64,000 nucleotides of DNA from Octopus sinensis (taxonomy: Eukaryota), in assembly GCF_006345805.1 (NCBI RefSeq), contig NC_042997.1:50220001-50284000 (forward strand), read 5' to 3'. Positions 24,600 through 37,987 of this stretch are shown in pieces (position 1 is the stretch's first letter; every line of letters begins with the position of its first letter). The notes beneath the pieces were generated by a model. It was not told where the DNA came from and did no database searches. It saw only the letters and a list, made by a program, of their open reading frames with translations. The translations under genes were made by a program, and so were the position numbers.

Positions 24600-25269
24600 T
24601 TCTCAATGAGTGTTTGGTGTTGATTCAATCCTGGTTTGTAGCTATTATCTTATATTTATTTGACATGTGCTAATAAAATGTCTGCGAAATTTCTATTTAA
24701 TTAGTAATCACACTACGATTATCTTAGTGATAATATTTTCATGTCCTTGTATGTGCATTGTTTGTATTTTGTGCATTAGAAATATTACTTGTTTCCCGTA
24801 TCGCATTTAAATACTCTATTTTCATTTAATGTATTAAGGCAAAGTTAATATATTTCTCCTCGGGACATATTTACCGGATGTAATTCATAGTAAGGCAAAA
24901 ATGTATTAATCATGCAATGAAGATGCCAACTAAAGCTGTTATATATTAGCCTATGATTCCTATTTAATGGTCGATAAACTGAAATTTCACGTCTTATAAA
25001 CTGTGGGAATAAACCACACCGTTGGTAGGACATATTCGATTATAGTTGGTACAGTTGGTATGGGTCAAGCCTGAACTAAGCAACAACAACAACAACAACA
25101 ATACCACCACCACCAGAAACAACAACAACAACAACAACAACAATAACAACAGCAGCAGCATCAACAGCAACAACAATAAAAACAGCAAGTCCTCTACTTC
25201 TCGTTGCAAATGCTCTGTTATTCTCCCTAAAATCTGTAAAAATATTGCTTATGTTCCTTCATTCCATAG

Positions 25270-25575
25270 ACCAACAACTGGGGTAAAGGGTAAAGACACC
25301 CTTCGGTCATGAATGACCATAAGATTGCACCTAGAATGTTCTCCTTCCGCGGCACAAGTCCGGGCAAGGGTATTTATTGAAGACCAGTAGTCGCCCGTGC
25401 ATAACAGCCTCTTCCCCTCTCCACGCCACCGATGTTACCCACGGGAAAGGCAAAGGGGCCAATACAGCTTGACACCAGTGACGTCTTGAATCGTTTCTAC
25501 AGCTGAGTGAATTGCTCAAAAACATAATACGCAACTCGGTCCGGGAATCGAACTCACTCCCTCATGATCGCGATT
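25270..25575 (-). mobile_element. tRNA-derived SINE with an RTE-like tail
   Basis: B box gagttcgattcccggacc on the minus strand; tail ..catgaccgaagggtgtctttacccttt. Confidence 0.6.
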
Positions 25576-26914
25576 TATGTTGATTTATGTTGAGCACTTA
25601 TGGAAGATTTTGTTTAACACAAAGTTAGTTTTGATTAAGTAGACATATGGTAAAAGACTTTCCAGTCATGATCACCCCGTATGTTTATCTAGGACAATAT
25701 TATCCAACGCTTTTATTCGTTTTAAGAAGGTAAGGTGTAATTGGAAGGAATTAAGCAAATATTCTTAATTGCAATTAAAATCTAAGAAGCGAGATACTAC
25801 CCGACTGCTCGATCTGAAAAGAATGGTAGCCAAATTCCTTAAAATTACACCCTACTGTTTTAGAAAAGTAAGAAGCATTGGACAATATTGTCTTTGATAT
25901 ACAAAAAATTGGGATGGTTATCACTTGAACGTCTTTTATCATAGGCATACTCAACCAGAATTGACCTTGGTTTAAGCAACATATTTCATTTGCGTGCAAC
26001 AGAAAACAACATATATGAATGTTGTTTTTTTTTTCTCTGATCACAGAACCTATATTTTAAGGAAACATAGATGTAATAGTTTGTAAAGTATAAACCTTTC
26101 TCAATAGTATCATCTTCATCATATTTAGTTAATTTAGGACAGCCGAGAATCGAAACAACGTTCGGATCTCTTCTTACAGAATATTATTCTCTTACTCTAC
26201 AGTAACACACACACAAGCAAATATTAACTGAAATTATATTTGTTCGATATAGAATTAAATTAGTCTGTCTATAATAGTATGTAACATTGAGTTTCTATCT
26301 AAATCACGCTATCATTTAATGTGCTATGATAATGTAACGATTGAAATGCCTATTGAATTAGATTAAGCTCAGACACGAGATTTTTTTGTTCCACAAATAA
26401 CTAATTGATCACCAATCAAATCTCTAGAGTTTTATTTCTCAAATAAATTAATCGTATTCTTTTGCAGATTGTTTTGGTGTCGGTGGCTATGTTTTTCTTT
26501 TATCGTTTTCTTTCCTGTAGTGTTCCTCTCGGGAATAAAAAGAAAGTGTAGAGCTATATTGGATCGGTGCAGTTGATGTGGAGATTAAAATGTCGGATAT
26601 TGCTGGATTTCAGAAATGATATAAGACTTTTACAGGTTGGCAGACAATCTATGGAATGAAAAAATATAAGCAATATTTAGCTCGGATTTGAGAGAAAATA
26701 ACAGAAACTGTCCAATAAAAACTAGAGCGCTTGTTGTTTTTGTTGTTGTTTGTGCTAATGTTTTGCCTAAGTCTATTCTCATTAAGCAAACTTAATGCGT
26801 AAAGGCTTTCCAGACACCACCATCAGCTCCGTCTTTCGAACATTGTGTAATAAGTAAAGTTTCTTCCCGAGTCTTGTAAACTTATAGGGCAGATTTTCCC
26901 TGCCAGTCTGTCAC

Positions 26915-27068
26915 AAGATTACTCATTTTTGCCAGCTGAGTGGACTGGAGCAACATGAAAGGAAGTGTTTTTCTCAAGAAAACAACGCGTCGCCCAGTCT
27001 AGGAATCGAAACCACAATCTTTCGATCATGAGTCCAACACCCTAACTATCAAGCCACGCGCCTCCACG
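26915..27068 (-). mobile_element. SINE family S3, partial
   Basis: Matches the head and body of 10454-10702. Confidence 0.8.
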
Positions 27069-28522
27069 AGCATTGCGTATTTAGTAGTATATATTTCCAG
27101 GTAGACTTAATTATCATCCGGTTTAGCAACGCCGTCGGGCTCTTGGGTTTTGCGGAGTTCACTTGATAGTAAATATTTGCACCGACTCTCCTGTCTGAAG
27201 ATAACCTCATTCTTATTTCCCAACAGTCTTAGGGGCACTTAAAAAATCGATGCCCTTCCTGTTGTGGCAAAGCCGTTGGGTAAAAATTGGAGCGTGGCTG
27301 CTCTTACTTGTTGGTCAAGTGACGACAGCAGTAAGAGTAAAAGATTTATTTAAATAGAAATGAAAAGGAATCGAATTGTCCTGACAACGAAGATACTGTA
27401 TAGGGATGGAATCTGAACTTAAAGCCTCTATTAAGGAGTATTTAATGCTCTGGCTTTCGCATAGAAATATAATAATCAAAAATATAGAGACTTCCAGATA
27501 TGAACGTAGTCAATCGAATGCCTGGTAAGGTATCTGAAGATACTCAGAACTTAAATACTTAAATACTATGGATATTTTTTTTATTAAGTAATCGACACTG
27601 TTTAAAGAGATAGAAGATACTCTGGGAAGGAAGCCTCGGATAATTTTGATTCTTGGCAATTAGCATTTGGAAGGGAGGGAGTTTAAGCAAGTGCTAGTGA
27701 CAGTATTCGAAGAATATTGATGAATTACCTTTCAAATGAATATACACTAGAGTTTCACGTACGAAATAACGTCAACTGCAAAACTTCGACTGTATATGCT
27801 ATTAGAGTGTATATGCTATTAGTACACGAAACTCTTTATAGAGCTACCTAAAATATACAAACAATATATAAAATATAAAACGTATAAAATATAAAAACAA
27901 CATATAAAAAATATATATATTTTTTATATAAAATCTAAAAGAGAAGTGAGATAATTTAATAACGTAATTTACTTGAAATTTCTAGAATATATATGGAAAA
28001 AGCAAGAGGGCATCTAGTCTTTTAAGTTACAGGCATAGTTCAATATTATTAGACTTCTTCATAGAGGCATATTCCATTCAAGCGGCAACCTATGTGTAGG
28101 CAATGAAGGTACACCGGTTATGATTATGAAAAGTGAAGCTTAAGAAAATACTTCAAGGCGCCATAACTGAAATATATTTGAGTATATATGGGCGCACAAT
28201 CAGACGTGGCTTAAGGGATAAACACCACCACCACCACCACCGACAGCAACAACAACAATAAACAACAGTAACTACTACTACTACTACTACTAAATCTACT
28301 GCTACTGCTGCTAGTGTTGCTAAATACAGACGCAGTAGAATTTCTCGTTTGTAATGTGTTTAATATAGTAAGTTGAATAACTTAACTGTTACTGTCCTTG
28401 CAATTAATAGTCAAAGCATTCATTTGGGGATTTAACATATAAAAAAATACCAATAAGCAAAAAAGAGACCTCCAAGATGTTGAGTGGAATTCAGGGAAAA
28501 TAGATTATTTACTTTTCTCTAA

Positions 28523-30479
28523 TCTTCTATATATATAAAACTGTAGTTGTGTGAGTGTCTGTCCCCTTCGATTTAGATTCCTAACTACTCCCACATTTTG
28601 CGTGCAGTTTAACCAAATTCGGGTATCTTATAGTCGTGATTCATATCGAGCCCGTCTGGCTATTAGCGCGCGTCTACGATGAGTCTACGATTTAAAAAAA
28701 ATTTAACATCATTTTTTATTCCATTTTAATGCATAATTTTTCGTGTGTCGATGGTGGCGGAGTTGGCGTCCATGCTCACACCTGCACCTGTGTTGCTTCT
28801 CCCCCTTCTTCCCTTTCTCGTGAAGCTGTGGGGAAGGCAGGGTAGGGAAATCAACGTCGTAAAGCGTTGTCAAGGAGACCAGCGTTCCTTTAGAACAACG
28901 ACTTCATGGCTTGAAGTCGCCAAAACAGAAATCGCTAAAAAAGCTGAAACAGATCCACAAAAACGGCAAAAACCGCCACACAGGGCAGGTTTCCTGTGCA
29001 AACAGTTTGCACAACCGAATGTTTTAGTTGTTGCACAAATCTTTATATATAAAAGTGAAGTTGTGTGTCTGTCTCCTACGATTTAGATTCCTAACTACTC
29101 CCACATTTTGCGGTGCAGTTTAACCAAAAGCGGGTATCTTATAGTCGTGATTCATATCGAGCCCGTCTGGGTATTAGCGCGCGTCTACGATGAGTCTACG
29201 ATTTAAAAAAAAATTACCATCATTTTTTCCATTTTAATGCATTTTTTTGCTATTATATAAGGGAAGTAACTCTCTAAAAATGTTGTATTGTATGGCGATG
29301 GTACTTGTGAAATATGGTAATGGATTTAGTAGCCAAAAGGAGAGAGCAGAGTATGGTGGTGGTGGAGGCGGTGGTGGCAGTGGTGCTGGTAGTGGTGGTC
29401 GAGCATAGCATTTTTTTGCTATTTTTTTGCTATAACTCTCTAAAAATGCTTATGATTGATTGATTGATTCTAGTTTCAGCTCATGAGCTGTGGCCATGCT
29501 GGGGCACCGCCATTTGGTGTTGCTACTTGGTTTTACTTCACGAAAGCTTTTTAGCAACTGCCATTTGGTGCATGAGAGAGTTCGATGCAGCTGCCCTCAT
29601 CTGCACCTCCTGCCGTGAAGTTGGTTCATCTGGGACACCTGACAGGAAGAGATCCAGTTATTTCTCTTACAAACCCGAGCAACGCCGGGTGATACTGCTA
29701 GTTATATATAAAAGTGAGGTTGTGTGTCTGTCTCCTACGATTTAGATTCCTAACTACTCCCACATTTTGCGGTGCAGTTTAACCAAAACCGGGTATCTTA
29801 TAGTCGTGATTCATATCGAGCCCTTCTGGATATTAGCGCGCGTCTACGATGAGTCTACGATTAAAAAAAAAATTTACCATCAATTTTTTCCCATTTTTAA
29901 TGCATTTTTGGCATATATAAGGCAAGTAACTTTCTAAAACTTTATTATTAAATCTCAGAACGTAAAATGCTGCAGTAACACCCCCCTTGTGGTTAGCCAT
30001 ATTGGGATGGCTATTATACTTTACATCTCTAAAAATGCTTATATAGTTATTTCCCTTACAAACCCGAGCAACGCCGGGTGATACTGCTAGTTATATATAA
30101 AAGTGAGGTTGTGTGTCTGTCTCCTACGATTTAGATTCCTAACTACTCCCACATTTTGCGGTGCAGTTTAACCAAAACCGGGTATCTTATAGTCGTGATT
30201 CATATCGAGCCCTTCTGGATATTAGCGCGCGTCTACGATGAGTCTACGATTAAAAAAAAAATTTACCATCAATTTTTTCCCATTTTTAATGCATTTTTGG
30301 CATATATAAGGCAAGTAACTTTCTAAAACTTTATTATTAAATCTCAGAACGTAAAATGCTGCAGTAACACCCCCCTTGTGGTTAGCCATATTGGGATGGC
30401 TATTATACTTTACATCTCTAAAAATGCTTATATAGTTATTTCCCTTACAAACCCGAGCAACGCCGGGCGATACTGATAG
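28523..30479 (+). mobile_element. Head-to-tail array of four non-autonomous Helitron units
   Basis: Units start at about 28523, 29040, 29702 and 30091 with TC/TT-TATATATAAAA. Units 2-4 end with the hairpin cccgagcaacgccggg plus ctag (unit 4 has atag). Units 3 and 4 are a near-identical 389-bp pair. Confidence 0.8.
29454..29655 (-). mobile_element. Retroposon 3' fragment with (AATC)n tail, nested in Helitron unit 2
   Basis: Interrupts the unit consensus gcttat|agttattt; its 3' end ggcggtgccccagcatggccacagctcatgagctgaaac resembles the S2 SINE tail. Confidence 0.65.
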
Positions 30480-31199
30480 TGTAATATATGCCTATGCATG
30501 TATGTAACCATAACATCTCAAATGCATGATCAGAATTCTGTAATATTGTTAATTTCTCTTTCATAAAGTAATAGCAATTGTTCAAACTTGAAATATTTGG
30601 AGGCGGATCTAATGAAGGTTTGTAATGGAAATATAACTCTGTAAAATAGCTGTAGTGGTTTAGCCCCAGGTCAGTTCAAATGGAATACACTTATCATCAA
30701 AGAAATTGCAACCGTTTGCAGTCCGTTACTTTGAATATCAGGGGCCGCTGTATTATCATCTAATGTCGGCTTCAAGCTTTGAAAACAAAAAGTAATTTTG
30801 TTGGAGATAAGGCATCAAGTTATAAGCTGTGAATATATAAAAAGCGAAAAGTTGATGAAATAGAAATCACGTGATAACTACGATAAAATTGTTAGAAAGG
30901 TTCCAGCGAGGTTAATTGTCAATCGTTTAATCTCCAAATTAATTCTTATAGAGGTGGGTGGAATTAGATAATTATAAACAATTATTTATAATATTTGTTA
31001 ATTATGTAGCGAAACGGCTGCAACAGTAGTACTGATTCCATTTTCTTTTTTCTTCTCTTCACACGTTAATATTAACTCAATCAATTAGGAAGACGACGAC
31101 ATGTTAGCTATACAGAGATATGAGAGAGAAATGGTTAAGTAAACAATATCAAAGCAAACTGCTTATTTAATAAAATTAAAAGCATCCATCCATAGATCC

Positions 31200-31527
31200 A
31201 GCCATCCTCTCATCCACGTATATGTCCGTCTGTCTGTCTATATGAATGTACGTTTGTGTGTATGTATATGTATGTATGCGTGTTTGTATATACATATATG
31301 TGTGTGTATGTGTGTGTGAATGCATATATATATACATATATATATTCAAAGACACACACACATATATACATACGTACATATATTACGAATATATATACGT
31401 ATAAATTTAAAAAATAGACATGAATATATATATGCATCTATTTATACATAAATATATGTATATACATATATACCTAGATATATATACTCATATACCTATA
31501 TTATATATATATATGTATATATATATG

Positions 31528-31579
<52 letters not shown>

Positions 31580-31636
31580 TATGTATATGTATATACATAT
31601 ATATATATATATACATATATATACATATGTATATAC

Positions 31637-31669
<33 letters not shown>

Positions 31670-31984
31670 CATATATATAAGCGCATTCACACACGCACAT
31701 ATGTACACATACAAATGCGTAGACAAATACACACACTCAACATAAATAAGCATACGCATACTGATAATTGATTTTTAGACGTGAAGAATTCCATTTGTAT
31801 AGTCATGACTCATTGATGACCATTAATTTATTTACAAGATTCTAACTATGCAAATATACATACATGTATGTGTGTGTGGTATATATATATATACATATAT
31901 ATATATATACATACATATATATATATACATATATATATACATATATATATTCATATATATATATATATATACATATATATATTC

Positions 31985-32021
<37 letters not shown>

Positions 32022-32082
32022 CACATATATATACATATATATTCATATATATATACAGATATATATACATACATATATATAT

Positions 32083-32117
<35 letters not shown>

Positions 32118-32270
32118 CATATATATATTTATATATATATGCATATATATTTATTCACACCCACGCATATATATATATATAGCTACACATATATATACAC
32201 AAAAAAATGCGTATATACATACACACACACACACACACACATGCACATATACATACACATACGCATAATC
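31200..32270. repeat. About 1-kb compound (TA)/(CA)/(TG) microsatellite
   Basis: Seen directly; source of the many Y/I-rich spurious ORFs. Confidence 0.95.
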
Positions 32271-32698
32271 GCGTAAGAAATTTATTTGATATCTAGTTTG
32301 ACTTACTCTGCTTTTTTTGTTTTTTATAACATTGTAAAGTAATACGCAGAAATATATTTAGGAATTCACACATTGATTTATGTCCTATCTTACGATTATT
32401 ATACATTTATTACTCCGTTACAAATTTGAGGTTTCAAGAGAGATGAGACTTGAAATTTTGTGATCTCAAGGGAGGCTCTATATGGCCAATCGCTCTGCTA
32501 GAAATTGCAGCTAAATCTCATCCACATCAAAGCCTAACCTCTTTATTAATAGAGAACGAAAAATGAGTAACGATTTTATAAATTATAGTTGTAGATATAT
32601 AACGGTAAGCTTTATGAAAATAAACAAAAGACGAAGGCAGGTGGAATACAAACAAACAATTGTATTAGTATGGCGCTCAGGAATATAAATAAAACAAG

Positions 32699-32736
32699 TC
32701 TTTTACGTTTCGAGCCTACGCTCTTCAACAGAAAGA
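32699..32736 (-). ncRNA. Minimal hammerhead-like motif with a non-canonical core (CUGUUGA)
   Basis: tcttt CTGTTGA a gagc gtag gctc GAAA cg TA aaaga: stems I and II present, A6 replaced by U. Confidence 0.35.
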
Positions 32737-33012
32737 TACACAGAAAAGAAACACGGAGAGAAACAAGGAGAGAAAAAAATGCGTGCAGAAGCTAGCGAAT
32801 CAACATGGCGATATATATATACATACATAGATGAGATGGTCACAATGGGAATGTATTTGATCATAGTTGTGTGAAATTACATCTTGGGAAAGGAATTAGG
32901 TATTCTGGAACATTGGATAACATAGACTTGCATTTCTATGAATAGAGATGGTCATAACTGGAATACCTTTGAATATAAAGATCCGCAGTCAGACTTGACA
33001 TAAAGGATAAAC

Positions 33013-33052
33013 ACTAACTACTACTACTACTACGACTACTACTACTACTACT

Positions 33053-33096
<44 letters not shown>

Positions 33097-33097
33097 G

Positions 33098-33155
<58 letters not shown>
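33013..33155. repeat. (TAC)n microsatellite
   Basis: Seen directly. Confidence 0.95.
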
Positions 33156-33158
<3 letters not shown>

Positions 33159-33449
33159 CTCGACAACAAGAGAGCTGTTCAGACACAAGAAAACATCAAT
33201 GATAAACGATTACAAAGCAAAAGCTGAACGTTCGCCACTCTCTAGGCATTGGAATTGTTTGTGACACACTGCATATCGCTAGCAGCAGTTTCTTAACTGT
33301 GGCTGAAGTGATTAGGACAACGGAACAAATAAAACCGGTAACAGAATGAATGGAAAAGAGAAATATATATTAACATGAACCTTTATATTTCGTTTTTGGA
33401 TTTGGTTTGCAAGATTCTTTATATGAGTTCGGGTGTTGAAGCATATTCT

Positions 33450-33670
33450 GTTGTGTCTGGGGAGAGTCATTTTCTTTTTGTTCCTTATAACGTAACACAC
33501 TCACCGGTAAAATTTCCACTTATTTATTATTTCTATTTTTATTTTTATTATGTTATTTCTTATTATATTTTTATTATTTTCTTATAAAAATAAGAAATAA
33601 GTGGAAATGTTTCCGGCGAGTGTGTTACATTATAAGGCACAAAAAGAAAATGACTCTCCCCAGACACAAC
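33450..33670. repeat. 76-bp imperfect inverted repeat with an AT-rich 69-nt spacer
   Basis: Arms 33450-33525 and 33595-33670, with 5 mismatches counted by eye. Confidence 0.9.
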
Positions 33671-33794
33671 ATAACATGAACTTACTATCTGAAAATAAGC
33701 TTAGGTAGAATCGATAATGAGCTTTGTTTATGGTGAGTAGTTAGTCTATGCTACATACATGCATATGTGTGTGTGTGTGTGAGAGAGAGAGAGC

Positions 33795-33900
33795 AATGCC
33801 TAGTGGTTAGAGTGTTGCTCTTGTGATCGTGATTTCAATTCCTAGACCGGATGATGCTTTGTGTTCTTGAGAAAAAAACAGCTCATCTCGCGTTGCTCTG
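33795..33900 (+). mobile_element. Degenerate S3-type SINE head
   Basis: gcaatgcctagtggttagagtgttg..gtgatttcaattcctagaccgg..gttcttgag. Confidence 0.55.
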
Positions 33901-34384
33901 CGATCCTTTTGACATCTGACGCGTGGTACACTGTGCAGCTGTTGACGGAGAGAGTGATTTAATGTGCAGCACGTGCATTTGTTCTCTATAAACAAATCAT
34001 TTGTGCAGGTCATTCGGCAGAAAGCTGAACGTCTCCTTCAAAGGGTGAGTCTATCATATATAAATATATATTGGTACAGTTCAATTTGAAGACTCCACTA
34101 GAGTGGACGAAAGCGCTAATATATGATATATGATTTATAAAAACATGTAACATACCAACAATTATCTGTAAATATAAAACCATCCAGATTTCTGAGTACC
34201 TCATTTCTTCTAATATATAATACCTGTGCATCATCTCCAAACCTTCTAATATATTGGTACATATACGCATACAAACATATATATTATACAGACACATATA
34301 TGTATACATTCATACATGCAAACATACACACACACACACAGAGTTGCAACAGTGCTTGCTCTCTGAGAGAAAACACCGAGTTTG

Positions 34385-35405
34385 AGCGGAATCCTGCTAA
34401 GAACTGTGTTGGGATCATTACTGTTAGTAGTAGATCTATGAGACATAGTTTCAATTATAGAAACAGCAACTTTCATTAGTTATGTTGATGATACAAAAGT
34501 GGCTGAGGCACGTGATAACCGTCGCAATGACGCCAACCCACAGTGAGACGTTAATTCAATCACGTGGGCAGAAGTAAATACCATGCAATTTAATGCTGGA
34601 AAATTTTAAGCTCTTTGCTATCAACTCACAAACATTTCACGTCCGGGATACGCAGGGTGTGGAAGGATTGCAGTCCCAGAATCACGATTCGTACCGGGTC
34701 TAAAGATAAATATGATGCATATTCTCATGCACATGTTATTAAGATGCTATCGATATGCAAAAGATTGGCGAGACGGATCCTGAAATCTTTGAGTAGGAGG
34801 GAGTGGAGAACCAAGCATCTGATGTGGAGACCGTTTGTACTCAGCCGTTTGATGTACTGGTTTCCAATTATAGTGCTCAAAAAGATGAGATTAATAGCAG
34901 ATGTTGAAGCAATCTAGCAATGCATTACAAAGAAAATCACATCAGCATAGCATCGAAACCACTATAAGAGGATTAAAACGCTACAACTATTCTCTGGAGA
35001 TAAGACGGGGAAGATATGCAGTGATCTACTCATGGAAAATAATTGAAGAGCGCACCAAACTTCGGTATTTAGAACTATACTAATACTCCAAATATTCACC
35101 ACTGTATAACTGGGAAAGTCCCATCCTTCCTATCGAAAGTCAAGGCCATAGTCGACGGTTCAAATGGGCATACCTTTCCAATATCTTGCCAAAGAAATTG
35201 AGACATCTATGTGGAATAGATGTAAATGTATTCAAGAGGCACCTGGATACTTTACTATCTTCGGTTCGAGACAGATCAACAGCATGGGAAAAGGCGCAAC
35301 TGAGGGAGGCAGCATTAAACCCCTTCATTCAAATGAAGTTTGCCATAGTGGAAGCATTACGGTCACACAAGCAGTGGCGATGCTACGCCATGGGCTCAAC
35401 CCTCT
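34385..35405 (+). mobile_element. Decayed CR1/L2-like LINE 3' fragment
   Basis: GILLRTVLGSLLL..TFISYVDDTKV and WAEVNTMQFNAGKF are recognisable RT C-terminal motifs, with stops and frameshifts. Confidence 0.7.
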
Positions 35406-36431
35406 ATCTGGAGCTATGTGCGTGTGTATGTGTGTGGAGAAAGAAAGAAAGAAAGAAAGAAAGAAGGAAAGAAAGAAAGAAAGAAAGGAAGAAAGAATGA
35501 GCAGGCATGGAAGTATAGCTGGGAAGTTCAGTTCGCAGCCAAACGACACAGTCCACTGCGTCGGTGCTAATACTTTGCGCTAGTGACTTCTAAAATAAGC
35601 ACTGGGCTTCGCCAATGCCTTTTAAATGAATTTATGGTTGACGGAAACTGCACGGAAGATCATTTTATGTACATCTGTCAATATGTGTATGTGTGTATGC
35701 GCGCGCAAGTGCATGTGTTAATCAAAGAAAGACTATCACAAAGACTCGCGCGCGTACACACACGATCTGCTTAGATAAACAACTCCACAGGAGAATTATT
35801 CAGTAATATACTGAAAACAGAGAACATAGATTTTAATTATTGTTATTTGACCACTAGCGGTACAAGAGAATCAGTAATTATAGATTCTTTCAATCATTAT
35901 TGCATATATTCTATAACAACAAAATCCTATTGAATATTCAATATAAATTTTAATCGATAACTTTGTAGAGAATTAATAACTGAAACTCACTGCCGCAAAG
36001 CATGAAAGATTATTATTTGCAATGTACTAAAAAATAAAAACTGTTCAAGCGAACAATCCCAATTATATTTCTGAAGAAATAATATTATAGTGTAATATTT
36101 ATTTTCTCACCATATAATTGCAATATACATACGATGCGTGCGTGTGTGTGTGTGTGTGTTAATTGGTTCCCTTGACAGCTACTACCAATGCAGATCAGAG
36201 CAGCCTTGGTCGTGCTGCTGGTGGTGGTGGTTGTGGTGGGTTGTAGTGATTAAGCGGTAAGGTGTAGGCGTAGTTGTACGTTTAAGAAGTTCTCTTCACA
36301 ACCACGTAGTTTCGGATTTAGTTCCATGAGTTGCCCTTTAGGCTGCTGCCTTTTAACTGTAGCCCCGCTGAACAATGTCGAACAATGATTTGAATGTGAT
36401 TGACGGAAACTTTGGAAATGGAAAATAGAAG

Positions 36432-36467
36432 TCTTTGACATTTCGAGCCTACGCTCTTCTACAGAAA
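36432..36467 (-). ncRNA. Second copy of the non-canonical hammerhead-like motif (CUGUAGA)
   Basis: ttt CTGTAGA a gagc gtag gctc GAAA tg TC aaaga. Confidence 0.3.
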
Positions 36468-36792
36468 CGAATGAGGAAAGAAAACAATAGGGAAAAACAC
36501 GTGTCTGGATGTATGTATGTGTGTTAATACACACACACACATATTTATACATACATACATGAATGTATGTGTGTGTGCGCGCGCACTTTTTTGAGTTTAC
36601 CTCACCGCTTAGCAAAACAACAACTGTTGGATCCTCTAACCTACTAGTTAGGCCGAAAGAATATAACAAAATACATAGCAGACCGAAAGCAACTACTAAG
36701 TCGATTTGTTTGACTAAAAACATTGAAGTTGTGCTTCAGTAGGACCGCAGTTGAGTAAATGAATCAAAAGAAAGACAAAAATAATAAGAAAA

Positions 36793-37987
36793 TATTGGGT
36801 TGTCAGGAAAGGCAAGACAAAGGTCAATAAATACTTGCCATTACATTTTTAATCAACTACATATGAACCATTTAGTCACAAAATGCGTCTCCAGCTTTCC
36901 TTTAACTTGAAAATACCCTCTTCTCAGAATTGAGGTGGTTTCATGGCAAAGAATTCATCAAGGTATCTTTTTATGTCATCCAAGGAATTGAAATTTTTAC
37001 CATTAAGACTTTTCTGCAGAGACCTGAATATGTAGAAATCCGAAGGAGCAATATCTTGTGAATATGGAGGGTGGGGTAACACATCCCAGCCGAGCAGCAG
37101 CAATTTTTATCTGGTTCCCAAAGAAACGTGCGGTCTTGCATTATCATGTTGGAAAACAACACCCTTCCTGTTGGCCAATTCTGGACGTTTCTCTTGAATT
37201 GCTGTTTTTAACTCGTCCAGTTGTGTGCAGTATTTCTCAGAATTAATTGCCTGGTTACTTGGGAGAAGCTCATAGTACAGAATTCCTTTCCAATCCCACC
37301 AGACACAAAGAAAGACTTTTTTAGGGTGAAGACCCGCTTTTGGGGTGGCTAAAGATAGCTCATGTCGTTTACTCCAGGGTCGCTTCCTCTAAACATTTCG
37401 GTAGATAATCCATTTCTTATCACCTGTCACAATTTGCTTTAAAAAAGACGCGTTTTCATTCCGTTTATAAAGCGAATCACAGATGGAAATGCGATCCAAA
37501 AGGTTCTTCTTACTCAACTTATGTGGTACCCAAACATCGTCGCGATTTGTGTACCCAAGCTTTACCAGGTGCTTTGGAACGACGGATTTTGATAAGTTGA
37601 GGCTTTCTGCCAATTCTCGGGTTGTGTAATGTAGGTTATTCTCAATTAATGACTTGATTTTGTCATCATCTGTAGTGGATGGTCTGCCCGATCGCTCTTT
37701 ATCAATAAGGCTACAATCTCCAGCTCGGAATCTTGCGTTAAGAATCTTGCGAGCCACTTCCGAACAGTTCTTTCGGATAAAGAAACATCACCGTAAACTG
37801 CGCATATTTCTTGAGTTGCATTAACACAGGTTATAGGAACATAAAGCTGCTTCCATGAAAAGAAAGCTTAAACTGTGCTCTAAATGGAGGTGTAGTGAAA
37901 TCCAATTTTATGGACTCAACCATGTTCTAAAATAGGCCGAAAGGTAAGCTACTATAAGTCGACACGAACTTTCCGGACAACTCAATA
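36793..37987 (-). mobile_element. Decayed mariner (DD34D) transposon with TIRs and TA ends
   Basis: TIRs tattgggttgtcaggaaa and (reverse complement) tattgagttgtccggaaa; transposase motifs SGRP, WVPHKL, IVTGDKKWI, QHDNARPH, HPPYSQDIAPSDF. Confidence 0.9.
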
